From the NCBI GenBank assembly GCA_944388805.1, contig CALXKE010000009.1, forward strand, positions 2,734 to 66,733: a stretch of 64,000 bases of DNA, in the 5' to 3' direction. A program made the position numbers and the translations under genes. The notes under the pieces were generated by a model. It was not told the DNA's origin. It was given only the letters and a program-made list of their open reading frames with translations, and ran no database searches. Below, in pieces: positions 16,230-25,640 of the stretch (the stretch's first letter is position 1; the number at the start of each line of letters is the position of its first letter). This stretch comes from an uncultured Clostridia bacterium (GTDB lineage Bacteria; Bacillota; Clostridia; TANB77; CAG-508).

Positions 16230-18836
16230 TTATTCAACCTCTTCACTATTTTTTACTACAGAAGTATTAGAAGTAGGTGTACTTGTATTTGTACTTGGTA
16301 CTGTATTTGAAGTGTTGGTTGAAGTATTCGTACTTCCTGCACTATTTGTCGTATTACTTGTAGTAGAATTTGTTGTACTTGTATTGGATGAAGTTGTGTT
16401 ATTTCTATTCGTATTTGTTGTATTTGTTCTATTATTATCAGTCGTGGTATTTGTTCTATCAGTATCTGTTGTTGTATTTGTTGTTATGTTGACTGACGTG
16501 TTTGTTGATGTATTTGTTTCTGGAATTTGATTTTCTAGACTTGGATCTAATGTTAAATCTTCATTAATCACATTTTGATTTGTTTTCTCATTTTGTTTAT
16601 TTTGATTTCTATTTGTTGTAACCGTACTTCCAGAATGTTCTGTACAATTATCTGGCTTTGTTCCCAATAAGAAATATTCTTCATAGGTGTTTGTACAACC
16701 ACTATTTGCAATTCCACCAGAATCTGCACATATGGTTTCTGTTTGTATCCAGCTAGGTTTTTCAAATGTTGCACTAGCTAATCCAGAATGAATATTTCTC
16801 ATAACATTTGCCCAAATAACTCCTGCTGGATTTTGTCTATTAAAATAAATTGTTTCATTTTGATCATATCCAAACCATGTTGCAGCTGTATAGTATGGAG
16901 TAAAGCCACATAACCATCTATCATAGTTTTCATCTGTTGTTCCAGTTTTAGCTGCTACATCCATTCCTGATATAGAACAATAGGTTGCTGTTCCATTTGC
17001 TCCTTTTACAGGTTGTGTTAATATTTCTTTTAAAATATAGGCCACTTGCTTTGAAAATACTCTATGAGTTTCAGGTTTCGCTTCTGCAATCGTTTTTCCA
17101 GATTGATTTGTTATTTCTGTATAGAAAGTCGGTTCTATATATACACCATCATTAGCAATTGTTGCATAAGCTGCCGCCATTTCTAACGGTGTAATTCCTT
17201 TATCTAATCCTCCTAGGGCCAATGATAAACTTTCATCTTTTTCTGTTAAAGTCGTGATTCCCATATCTTTTAAATAAGATATAGAAGTTTTCACACCTAT
17301 TTGTTCCATCATTTCTACAAATGGAATGTTTTGAGAGGATTCTACTGCTCTTCGAACCGTTATTTCTCCTAAATATCCATCATAATTTACAGGATTGTAG
17401 TTTCCAGCAAAAGTTGTTTCTTCATCCGCATACATGGTTGCTGCTGTGAATTTTTTCTTATCAATTCCAGGTGCTAATACAGCTAATGGTTTAATTGAAG
17501 AACCTGTTTGCCTTGTACTTTGTGTTGCTCTATTTAATCCTCTTGCTGTATCTTTTTCTCCTAAGCCACCGACACAAGCGACTACTTGACCTGTTTGATG
17601 ATCTATAATAACCATTGCTGCTTGTGCTGGATCTCCACCTTCTCTTGAAGCAATGTTATATTGACGTTTATTAAATTCTGTTTCTGTTTCATCTTGGATG
17701 TTTGAATTTTGTGTGCTATTAATTGTTAATCCACCTAAATATAAATAGTTTGTAGCAAAATCTTCTGTTATATTTTTCTTATCTGCTATATCTTGAGTTA
17801 TTTCATTAATTAAAGCATCTGTGTGATAAGAATAAATTCCATCATTTGCTTCTACTGTTCCTTGTTTAAAGCTTAATCCGTTATTTACCTCTGATACAGC
17901 TGTATTATACTCTTCTTCAGTAATGTATTCTAATTCTAACATTTTATCTAATACTGTTATTGTTCTGTTTGCGATTTTCTCTGTATTATCTGTTTCATTA
18001 TTAAATGGATTATATGAATTTGGTGAATTGTTAATTCCTGCTAAAAAGGCACATTCCGCAAGTGTCAGATTTTGAACATCTTTACTAAAATAATATTGGC
18101 TACCAGCACCTACACCATATATATTCGGTCCAACATAGATGACATTTAAATACATATCTAATATTTCTTCTTTTGAGAAATAACATTCTAGTAAGTATGC
18201 TTTCCACCATTCTTTTACTTTTCTAGAAATAGAACCACTGTTATCTCCTGTTAAATTTTTTACCAACTGTTGTGTAATAGTACTTCCTCCAAATGAAGAG
18301 TTTCCCATATGTATGACATAATTAATAATTGCTGAGCCTGTTCTTCTAATATCTACACCGTGATGTCTATAATATCTTTCGTCTTCGATGGAAACATAAG
18401 CATTTTTTAAATTTTCAGGCATATCTTCATTTTCAATTTTTATTTTCTTTCTTTCACTGCCAAGTTCTGCAATCACATTGCCATCAGAATCCACGACAAC
18501 AGAATTTTCATTTGTAAACATATCTGTTGTTATCTGCTTCCAATTATATGCAGAAATGCCTAAAATAATAGCTAAGATAATAATGATAATAATAATAACT
18601 GCAATAATGATTTTTTTAATTTTCTTTTTCCTAATAGCTTTTTTATAATCAAAATCATTATCATGATTTTGTTCATTTTTCTTTTTAGCATGCTTATGTT
18701 TTCTAATATTTTTATGTTTATCTCTAGATTTTCTTTCGTTTTCTTCTTCCATGAATTTCTCTCGTTCTTCTTTTTCTTTTTGCATTTCTCTCATAGCTCT
18801 AGGAAGTTCTTCTTCATTCTTTTTATTTTTAAACAT
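16230..18836 (-). CDS. Class A penicillin-binding protein (PBP1A-type transglycosylase/transpeptidase)
   Basis: GT51 motifs EDERYYRHHG, GGSTITQQL and RKVKEW. Transpeptidase motifs SSIKP, SQN and KTGTT. The likely start is MFKNKK at 18836 (the ORF extends to 18935). It has a K/E-rich cytoplasmic head and a T/N/S-rich C-terminal tail of about 130 aa. Confidence 0.95.
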   Translation of the reverse strand: MFKNKKNEEELPRAMREMQKEKEEREKFMEEENERKSRDKHKNIRKHKHAKKKNEQNHDNDFDYKKAIRKKKIKKIIIAVIIIIIIILAIILGISAYNWKQITTDMFTNENSVVVDSDGNVIAELGSERKKIKIENEDMPENLKNAYVSIEDERYYRHHGVDIRRTGSAIINYVIHMGNSSFGGSTITQQLVKNLTGDNSGSISRKVKEWWKAYLLECYFSKEEILDMYLNVIYVGPNIYGVGAGSQYYFSKDVQNLTLAECAFLAGINNSPNSYNPFNNETDNTEKIANRTITVLDKMLELEYITEEEYNTAVSEVNNGLSFKQGTVEANDGIYSYHTDALINEITQDIADKKNITEDFATNYLYLGGLTINSTQNSNIQDETETEFNKRQYNIASREGGDPAQAAMVIIDHQTGQVVACVGGLGEKDTARGLNRATQSTRQTGSSIKPLAVLAPGIDKKKFTAATMYADEETTFAGNYNPVNYDGYLGEITVRRAVESSQNIPFVEMMEQIGVKTSISYLKDMGITTLTEKDESLSLALGGLDKGITPLEMAAAYATIANDGVYIEPTFYTEITNQSGKTIAEAKPETHRVFSKQVAYILKEILTQPVKGANGTATYCSISGMDVAAKTGTTDENYDRWLCGFTPYYTAATWFGYDQNETIYFNRQNPAGVIWANVMRNIHSGLASATFEKPSWIQTETICADSGGIANSGCTNTYEEYFLLGTKPDNCTEHSGSTVTTNRNQNKQNEKTNQNVINEDLTLDPSLENQIPETNTSTNTSVNITTNTTTDTDRTNTTTDNNRTNTTNTNRNNTTSSNTSTTNSTTSNTTNSAGSTNTSTNTSNTVPSTNTSTPTSNTSVVKNSEEVE

Positions 18837-19040
18837 AGATTCACTATCCTTTATTTTTAATTTCTCTAATAGTATAACACAATCACTAAAAAAATCAAAC
18901 CATAAACTTATACTTACTACAGGTGTATTATGCATTATTATTTAAAGCAAAAACTTTGCGCAAAACTTTTCAAATTTCTATTTCTTTTTTAAATGTATTG
19001 AGATATAATACTATATATACCAAAGGAGTGTGAAAAACAT

Positions 19041-20024
19041 ATGATAAAAAGAGAAGAAAATCCTGACTATATTAATTCTTTTTTAGATTATAGTACTACC
19101 ATTTTAAATAAATCCCCTAATAGTATCAAAGAATATAATTATGATTTAATGATGTTTTTTCGATTTATAAAAATTCATTTTCATATGACAGATGAAAATG
19201 ATTTTGCAAAGATTGAAATTAAAGATATTCCTATTAGTGTTGTCAAAAAAATCACTTTAGAAGATATTCATGCATTTATCAGTTATATGGCAATAGAACT
19301 TAGAAGTAAAGCTGCTACAAGAGCTAGAAAAGTATCTACTATTCGAATCTTTTTTAAATATCTCTCACAAAAAGCAAAATTAATAGATATCAATCCTGCT
19401 CAAAATTTGGAAACGCCAAAAGCAGATAAAAGACTTCCTAAATATTTAAATTTAGAAGAAAGTAAACGATTATTAAATGTGACTGAAAATGAAGATAATC
19501 GTAATTATCAAAGAGATTATGCCATTATTACTTTATTTTTAAATTGTGGGCTTCGTTTGTCTGAATTGGTTGGAATTGATATTAAAGATATTGATTTTAG
19601 TGAAGCAAAACTAAATGTTATTGGTAAAGGAAATAAAGAAAGAACGATTTATTTAAATCAGGCATGTTTAAAAGCAATTAGCGAATATTTACAAGTACGA
19701 CCTAAAGAAGGTGTCAAAGTTGATAAATTAAATTCTCATAAGGCCTTATTTTTAAGTGAACGCCGTGAAAGAATTAGTAGAAGAACTGTACAATATATTG
19801 TTAATAAAGAATTGCAAGCTGCTGGTCTTGACACTAATAAATATTCTGTGCATAAATTAAGGCATACAGCTGCTACATTAATGTATCAATATGGAAATGT
19901 CGATATTAGAGCCTTACAGGTACTTTTAGGGCATGAGAGTATTTCTACTACAGAAATTTATACGCATGTTGATAATTCTCAAGTTAGAAATGCAGTGGAA
20001 AGTAATCCTTTAGCAAATTTGTAA
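19041..20024 (+). CDS. Tyrosine recombinase (XerC/XerD-like)
   Basis: 327 aa with an N-terminal SAM-like core-binding domain. The catalytic region has R..HKLRHTAAT..LLGHESISTTEIYTHV. Confidence 0.9.
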   Translation: MIKREENPDYINSFLDYSTTILNKSPNSIKEYNYDLMMFFRFIKIHFHMTDENDFAKIEIKDIPISVVKKITLEDIHAFISYMAIELRSKAATRARKVSTIRIFFKYLSQKAKLIDINPAQNLETPKADKRLPKYLNLEESKRLLNVTENEDNRNYQRDYAIITLFLNCGLRLSELVGIDIKDIDFSEAKLNVIGKGNKERTIYLNQACLKAISEYLQVRPKEGVKVDKLNSHKALFLSERRERISRRTVQYIVNKELQAAGLDTNKYSVHKLRHTAATLMYQYGNVDIRALQVLLGHESISTTEIYTHVDNSQVRNAVESNPLANL

Positions 20025-20125
20025 AATATTATTATATAATACTCCTCAGGCTATTCTATATTATTTTTTATGAAATTACGAATGTAAATAGAAGAATATT
20101 ACAAATTTTAAATTTAATATTCTTT

Positions 20126-21052
20126 TCAGTATCGTATTCTTTTTATAGCTTCTGGAATCATTTCAATGGTATCAGATGCTTTCATGCTAATATCTGTATA
20201 TTTTTCTTGAGCCAATTCTCCTGCCATACCTGCTAAATAGCTACCTGCTGCCACTATCTTTGCATCTGCTTCATGATAACCTAACATACCTACTAAAACA
20301 CCTGATAATACATCTCCACTTCCAGCTGTTGCCATTCCAGGACAACCTCTTTTTACCAAATATGTAGTTGTGCCATCTGTAACAATGGTTGTGCTTCCTT
20401 TTAATAATAAGATAACCTGATATTTTTTAGCAAAGCTTTTCGCAATTTCAATTGAATCTTTCTTTATTTCTTCTATTGGTATTTTTGACAATCGTTCAAA
20501 TTCTTTTAAATGCGGTGTTAAAATCACTTTGCATTTTGTTCTTTGTAAAATATCTAAGTTCATTTGAGATAAAGTATTCAATCCATCTGCATCAATGACA
20601 CAAGGAATTTCTTTTGTTTGCAATATATATTCTAAAATCTTTTCATTGTCTCTACCTTTTCCCCATCCCATTCCAATTGCCACTGCTTTTAATTTATCTA
20701 ATGCTTTATCAATTTCTTCTTTGTTAAATTTCATTTTTTGTTCTTCATCATTTTCTATTGGGTAAATAGTTTGTTCTAGTAGATATGGAGCAATACTGGT
20801 CTCTATACATTTAGGAACAATGACTCTTATCACACCACAACCTGCTCTTAATGCGGTCGAGCTCATATTAGCCAATTTAACAGCTCCTGTATATTCCATA
20901 CAACCTCCTATGATACCTACATATCCATAAGTTCCTTTATGACTATCTTTTTCTCTTTCTTTAAAGATTTCTTTTAAATCTTTATTTGTTAATTCTAAAT
21001 AATTTGTATCCATATTTTCCTTCTTTTTTATATTCATATTTAAAATAACCAA
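20126..21052 (-). CDS. nnrD: ADP-dependent NAD(P)H-hydrate dehydratase (YjeF C-terminal type)
   Basis: 308 aa with KGTYGYVGIIGG and GSGDVLSGV motifs of the carbohydrate-kinase-like Nnr dehydratase. Confidence 0.85.
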   Translation of the reverse strand: MVILNMNIKKKENMDTNYLELTNKDLKEIFKEREKDSHKGTYGYVGIIGGCMEYTGAVKLANMSSTALRAGCGVIRVIVPKCIETSIAPYLLEQTIYPIENDEEQKMKFNKEEIDKALDKLKAVAIGMGWGKGRDNEKILEYILQTKEIPCVIDADGLNTLSQMNLDILQRTKCKVILTPHLKEFERLSKIPIEEIKKDSIEIAKSFAKKYQVILLLKGSTTIVTDGTTTYLVKRGCPGMATAGSGDVLSGVLVGMLGYHEADAKIVAAGSYLAGMAGELAQEKYTDISMKASDTIEMIPEAIKRIRY

Positions 21053-21245
21053 AATAGTTATTCTATACTTTTGTTCTAATTAATTATATATCATAAATTA
21101 AAAATTTTATCAATTAATATTTTATTAAAGTTTTTATGGAAAAAATGCCTATCCATTCAGGAAAGAAACACTGATCCAACAGTGACGCATTTAACTGCGT
21201 CACCTAATCTATTTATTACATTTTTTTATTTTATTTATTAATCAT

Positions 21246-21905
21246 TTAATGTGAATTGTATAGTATAGTAAAAATATTCATTATTAAAGATTCGTATAGA
21301 TTACTGGAAGTTGAAGAAATCAGCTTAATTCCCTCTACATCTTCTAAACTTTTTTCTACTTTCTCCATATCTTGTATGGTTTTTGTTTTTATAATAAAAG
21401 ATGGTGTAAATATATTGTTTTCAGCATTATAGCCTGCTAACAAATCTTGATTATCCTTAAATCTTTGTTTCATTTTTTCTAATTGTTCTTCTGCTGAAAC
21501 ATATGTAATTTCAATATCTTCAGATTGAGTTTTTATTTGATTTTTAATATTTTCTATTCCTTCTTCTGATATATCTTTGTTCATAAAAATTTCTATGGTC
21601 GTATGGTCATGATAATAGCAAATAAATGCAAAGATATGTAAAATAACAAGTAATATAATCAATACACTAGAAATCACTATCATGATTTTTTTTCTTTTCA
21701 ATTTTTTATTTACTCTTTTTAAATAATCAATTTCAATTTTGTCATCATCTTCAATTTGCTTATCTTTTTTGATTTCTTCATAAATCTTTTTACATTCTTC
21801 ACATTTTACTAAATGTTTTTCTACTAGATCTTTAGAAGCCGGATTTAATGTTCCATCACAATATCCAAAAATTAAGTCTTGTACAATTTCACATTCCTTT
21901 TTCAT
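21246..21905 (-). CDS. Anti-sigma factor (zf-HC2) with extracellular FtsX-ECD-like domain
   Basis: N-terminal zf-HC2 pattern (C..H..C..C: CDGTLNPASKDLVEKHLVKCEECK) and a single TM segment. It overlaps the upstream sigma gene by 17 nt. Confidence 0.7.
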   Translation of the reverse strand: MKKECEIVQDLIFGYCDGTLNPASKDLVEKHLVKCEECKKIYEEIKKDKQIEDDDKIEIDYLKRVNKKLKRKKIMIVISSVLIILLVILHIFAFICYYHDHTTIEIFMNKDISEEGIENIKNQIKTQSEDIEITYVSAEEQLEKMKQRFKDNQDLLAGYNAENNIFTPSFIIKTKTIQDMEKVEKSLEDVEGIKLISSTSSNLYESLIMNIFTILYNSH

Positions 21906-22389
21906 TTTCTCTATCTCCTTTCATTTTTTGCTTTCCACGAAAAAAAGTAACTCTAGCCCAATTAGAAGTTTTTCCCATTATCTTCCCTATTTCTTCATAT
22001 TCTAAATTTCCTAATATTCGTAAATACATTACATTTCTAGTTTCTTCATTTAGTTTTTGTATATTTTTTAATAATTCCAATTTTTCTTCTTTTTGACTAA
22101 CCATTTCTTCTATAGACTCTTCCGTAAATAATGTTTTTTCTAAAGTATTCATTGGAACTTCTTTTCTCTTTTTTTCCTTTTTATATTGATTAAACCAAAT
22201 ATATTTTGCTATTTGGCATAACCAAGTGGATAGCTTACATTTATGCTTAAATTTATCAATATTTTCAATCGCTACTAAAAATGTTTCTTGTACGATTTCT
22301 TCAGCTATATCTTTTTTTCCTGTTAAGCAGAATATATATTTATATACAATTTTTGAATATTTATTATATATTTCTTCCATATTCTGCAT
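21889..22389 (-). CDS. ECF-type RNA polymerase sigma factor
   Basis: Sigma-70 region 2 (AEEIVQETFLVA..WLCQIAKY) and region 4 (EYEEIGKIMGKTSNWARVTF). An RBS favours the ATG at 22389. Confidence 0.85.
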   Translation of the reverse strand: MQNMEEIYNKYSKIVYKYIFCLTGKKDIAEEIVQETFLVAIENIDKFKHKCKLSTWLCQIAKYIWFNQYKKEKKRKEVPMNTLEKTLFTEESIEEMVSQKEEKLELLKNIQKLNEETRNVMYLRILGNLEYEEIGKIMGKTSNWARVTFFRGKQKMKGDRENEKGM

Positions 22390-22703
22390 AACCTTTCCTC
22401 CTTTCACTTTATTAGTGTAAAAAGATGTCTTTTTGTTACAATTATTTTAAAAAAAATTATAAAACAATTGCAGACTTTTTTACATTTTTTCTGTTTTTAA
22501 CATTTTAAAGCCCGAGTCATTCCTTTGTATAAGAAAGGCGTGCGTTAACGAAATCAAAGATTTCCAAGATAAAAGCCGATTTTTCCTATACAATAACATA
22601 AGACAATACCAACTTGTATTGTCTTAAAATTTTTTATGTTTTATTTGTTTTTCTGATTATATAAGAAAAATTCGATTTTATCTTGATGATATATAAAATT
22701 TTT

Positions 22704-23741
22704 CTATATTTTTATGTAATGATATTCACATGCACGAATTAATCGATTCATAATGGCAAGTCCTATTCCGTCATTTTTAACTCCTTCAATAATAACAATA
22801 TCTGGTTTAAAAGTATCTACTTTTCTTAAATCTTTAAAGATATTTTGTGCGATTTCATTTAAATTTTCTTTAGAACCATACAAAATTTTATTTTTTACAT
22901 CATAATATTCTGCATTTTCATTACATGAAATAATCAACGGATTTGTATACTTTGGAATTATTTCTTTTATTTCTTTAATCATTTTTTCATTATCTTCACT
23001 ATATACTAATATACAATCTGCTTTTGGTGCATAATGTCTATATTTCATTCCTGGAGATAGTACTTTTTCATCAGTTTCAATATTCTTTAAAATATGTTCA
23101 TCTATTTTTACAATTCCTACGGTTTTCTTTATATCTTCTGGAGAAATTTTACCAGGTCTTAAAATATTTGGAACGCCATCAACTACTCTTACTACTGTTG
23201 ATTCTAAACCAACTTCACATTCTCCCCCATCAACAATGTAATCTACTTTATCCGATAGTTCTTCAAAAATATCGGAAATATTAGTTCCACTTGGTCTTCC
23301 TGAAACATTGGCACTTGGTGCTGCAATTGGAACTCCTGCATAGGAAATTAATTCTTTAGCAATTGGTCCACTTGGCATACGAACACCAACTGTATCTAAT
23401 CCCGCAGTAACAATATCAGGAACAATTTCTGTTCTATCTAAGATAATTGTAAATGGTCCTGGCCAAAATGTTTTCATTAATGTATATTCTATATCAGATA
23501 TATTTTTAGCAATTTTGGATACCATATCAAAATTAGAAACATGTAAAATTAAAGGATTATCCTGTTCTCTTCCCTTTGCTATATATATTTTTTTTACAGC
23601 AGTTTCATCTAATCCATTAGCACCTAATCCATATACGGTTTCTGTTGGAAATAAAACAAGTCCTCCATTTCTGATAATTTCTCCTGCTACTTTTAATTTA
23701 GAATAATCTGTTGTATCTTTTAAATCCAAATATTTTTTCAA
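22704..23741 (-). CDS. tsaC: L-threonylcarbamoyladenylate synthase (Sua5/YwlC/TsaC family)
   Basis: 345 aa with the FPTETVYGLGANG motif and a Sua5 C-terminal domain. Confidence 0.9.
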   Translation of the reverse strand: MKKYLDLKDTTDYSKLKVAGEIIRNGGLVLFPTETVYGLGANGLDETAVKKIYIAKGREQDNPLILHVSNFDMVSKIAKNISDIEYTLMKTFWPGPFTIILDRTEIVPDIVTAGLDTVGVRMPSGPIAKELISYAGVPIAAPSANVSGRPSGTNISDIFEELSDKVDYIVDGGECEVGLESTVVRVVDGVPNILRPGKISPEDIKKTVGIVKIDEHILKNIETDEKVLSPGMKYRHYAPKADCILVYSEDNEKMIKEIKEIIPKYTNPLIISCNENAEYYDVKNKILYGSKENLNEIAQNIFKDLRKVDTFKPDIVIIEGVKNDGIGLAIMNRLIRACEYHYIKI

Positions 23742-23935
23742 TGTTTTACCTTCTTTCTTCGATGTATATTATAATGTATTTTTGTAACTTTATCAAGATT
23801 TATGTAAATATATAATACAAAAAAAATATATATTTTTTACATTTTTTGAAAAATACTGGACATATTTTTAGTATTTGTGATATCATAGTAAAGAACTTAA
23901 GATAAATTTTTTTGTTTTTAACGGAGGTATAAAAT

Positions 23936-24325
23936 ATGATTAAAAATTTAAAAATATTTTCTATAATAGCAATATTAATAATGTTATTATCCTTTACTAC
24001 AAATGTTTTGGCAGTAGATATGGATATTAATGAAACAAATAGTGAAAATACCACTTCAAATACAGATAACACATCATCAAATACATCAAATACAACTAAC
24101 ACAACGAATACTTCAAATTCAACGAATACATCTAGAACAAATACTTCATCAAATACTTCGACATCAACAAGTAATTCTTCGCATACTACAAATACAACTA
24201 CCATTCAAAGTAGTCTACCTGAAAGTAGTTTAGGAATCTCTAATGTGTTATCAATTGTTTTAATTGCAATAGGTGTATTATTAATTTTATTAGCAATTGC
24301 AATTTTAATTAGACTTGGTAAATAG
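23936..24325 (+). CDS. Secreted, C-terminally membrane-anchored T/N/S-rich low-complexity protein
   Basis: 129 aa with a signal peptide, about 60 aa of TSNT/TNT repeats, and a C-terminal TM segment with a basic tail (IRLGK). Confidence 0.6.
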   Translation: MIKNLKIFSIIAILIMLLSFTTNVLAVDMDINETNSENTTSNTDNTSSNTSNTTNTTNTSNSTNTSRTNTSSNTSTSTSNSSHTTNTTTIQSSLPESSLGISNVLSIVLIAIGVLLILLAIAILIRLGK

Positions 24326-24370
24326 TAAATGATTAATTTTTAGATTTTAACTTTTTGGTTAAAATCTTTT

Positions 24371-24410
24371 TTTGTGATATAGGAAAAATGGCTTTTTCCT
24401 ATATCACAAA
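24371..24410. terminator. Perfect 18-bp inverted repeat (putative terminator)
   Basis: tttgtgatataggaaaaa-tggc-tttttcctatatcacaaa, about 45 nt after the 23936..24325 stop. Confidence 0.5.
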
Positions 24411-24561
24411 AACAACGTTGCACAGAAAAATGTTAATAAAGCTCGCTATTGTTCTTTTGAAATTTTTTCATGTATAATTCTCTACCCTTTTTTAGATAAT
24501 ATTAATGAGAATATATTGTCTAATATTATTTTCACTATATTTTAAAGGAGGCGTTTTGATT

Positions 24562-25059
24562 ATGCAAAAGAAATTATTTTTTACATTTGCTATTATCATT
24601 TCTATTATATTTTCTTTTTCTGTATGTTTTGCGGCTGAAGATGTTTTAAAAGATGCAGCAAATACCGTTAGAGATGCAGTTAATAATACTGAAGATGCAG
24701 TAGAAGGTGCTATGCAAAATGCTGGTAATGCTGTAGAAGGAGCTATGAATACTGCTGGAGATGCTATGCAAGATTCTATGAATAAAAGCGAAAATACAAT
24801 GGAGAATGCTGGAAATGCAATCGAAAATACCGGAAATACTATAGAAAATGATATGAACAATGCAACATCTAGAAATACAAATGATGATACTTATACTGCT
24901 ACAAGAACAGGAACTAATGGAAATGCAACTTTTATGGGAATGAATTCAACTGCTTGGACTTGGTTAATTTTAGGTATTGCAGCAATAGCTATTATTGCAG
25001 TTGTCTGGTATTATACAACGAAAATTAATTCTGAAAACAATCATTCAACAAGAGATTAA
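24562..25059 (+). CDS. Secreted/anchored protein with 11-residue repeats
   Basis: AAAGGAGG RBS before the ATG at 24562. It has a signal peptide, 11-mer periodic repeats (DAVEGAMQNAG/NAVEGAMNTAG/DAMQDSMNKSE...) and a C-terminal TM segment. Confidence 0.55.
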   Translation: MQKKLFFTFAIIISIIFSFSVCFAAEDVLKDAANTVRDAVNNTEDAVEGAMQNAGNAVEGAMNTAGDAMQDSMNKSENTMENAGNAIENTGNTIENDMNNATSRNTNDDTYTATRTGTNGNATFMGMNSTAWTWLILGIAAIAIIAVVWYYTTKINSENNHSTRD

Positions 25060-25158
25060 TTATTTAGTTTACAGATAGAAATTTATGAATTTCTATCTGT
25101 TCTATTTTATTATTTAATTATCTATGGTATAATATTCAAAAAATGAAGAGGTAATTTT

Positions 25159-25617
25159 ATGAATACAAAGTTAATCGCAAAAAACCCAACAGCTTATCAT
25201 AATTATTTTATTGAAGATAAAATGGAAGCTGGAATTGTCCTATTTGGAACAGAAATAAAATCTATTCGAGCTGGTAAAGTAAATTTGAAAGATAGTTATG
25301 CCAATATCAAAAATGGTGAAATTTACATATCTGGTATGCATATTAGTCCTTATGAACATGGAAATATTTTTAATAAAAACCCATTAAGAGATAGAAAACT
25401 TTTACTAAACAAAAGAGAAATTAATCGATTAATCGGACTTACCAAACAAAAAGGATATACCCTAATTCCTATTAGTATCTATTTTAAAGGCAATTTTGTC
25501 AAAGTTGAATTAGGCATTGGAAAAGGTAAAAAATTATATGATAAACGTCAGGATATTGCTAAAAAAGATGCTGAAAGAAAAATAAATCAAGCTATGAAAC
25601 AAAAATACAGAGATTAA
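25159..25617 (+). CDS. smpB: SsrA-binding protein SmpB
   Basis: 152 aa. [25 protein letters not shown] matches SmpB. Confidence 0.95.
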   Translation: MNTKLIAKNPTAYHNYFIEDKMEAGIVLFGTEIKSIRAGKVNLKDSYANIKNGEIYISGMHISPYEHGNIFNKNPLRDRKLLLNKREINRLIGLTKQKGYTLIPISIYFKGNFVKVELGIGKGKKLYDKRQDIAKKDAERKINQAMKQKYRD

Positions 25618-25639
25618 ATTTAATTTTTAATCTCTGTAT
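25605..25639. terminator. Bidirectional terminator between convergent smpB and the DUF2207 gene
   Basis: 14-bp stem atacagagattaaa / tttaatctctgtat overlapping the smpB stop. Confidence 0.6.
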
Positions 25640-25640
25640 T

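Noticed and set aside
3036-18969. 15-nt inverted match TTTGCGCAAAACTTT at 3036-3050 (minus strand) and 18955-18969 (plus strand), flanking the novel locus plus the PBP
   Set aside because: It is too short to separate from chance in 64 kb, and the flanking sequence does not extend the match. The palindromic core TTTGCGCAAA might be an operator, but there is no further support.
19041-20024. Tyrosine recombinase as the integrase of an island containing the novel locus
   Set aside because: The protein looks like a housekeeping XerC/D-type recombinase. It is separated from the locus by the PBP gene, and no flanking direct repeats were found.
23800-24204. 134-aa V/F-rich ORF (and the similar 16312..16530 ORF)
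   Set aside because: These are antisense reading frames of T/N/S-rich low-complexity coding sequence. They are a compositional mirror image with no RBS.
24190-24325. LPESSLG followed by a TM segment and a basic tail as a sortase signal
   Set aside because: It does not fit LPXTG or known clostridial variants well enough. It is treated as a simple C-terminal membrane anchor.
25618-25640. Expected ssrA (tmRNA) gene downstream of smpB
   Set aside because: Only 23 nt separate smpB from a convergent gene. No tmRNA-like sequence (tRNA-like ends, tag ORF) was seen anywhere in the window.
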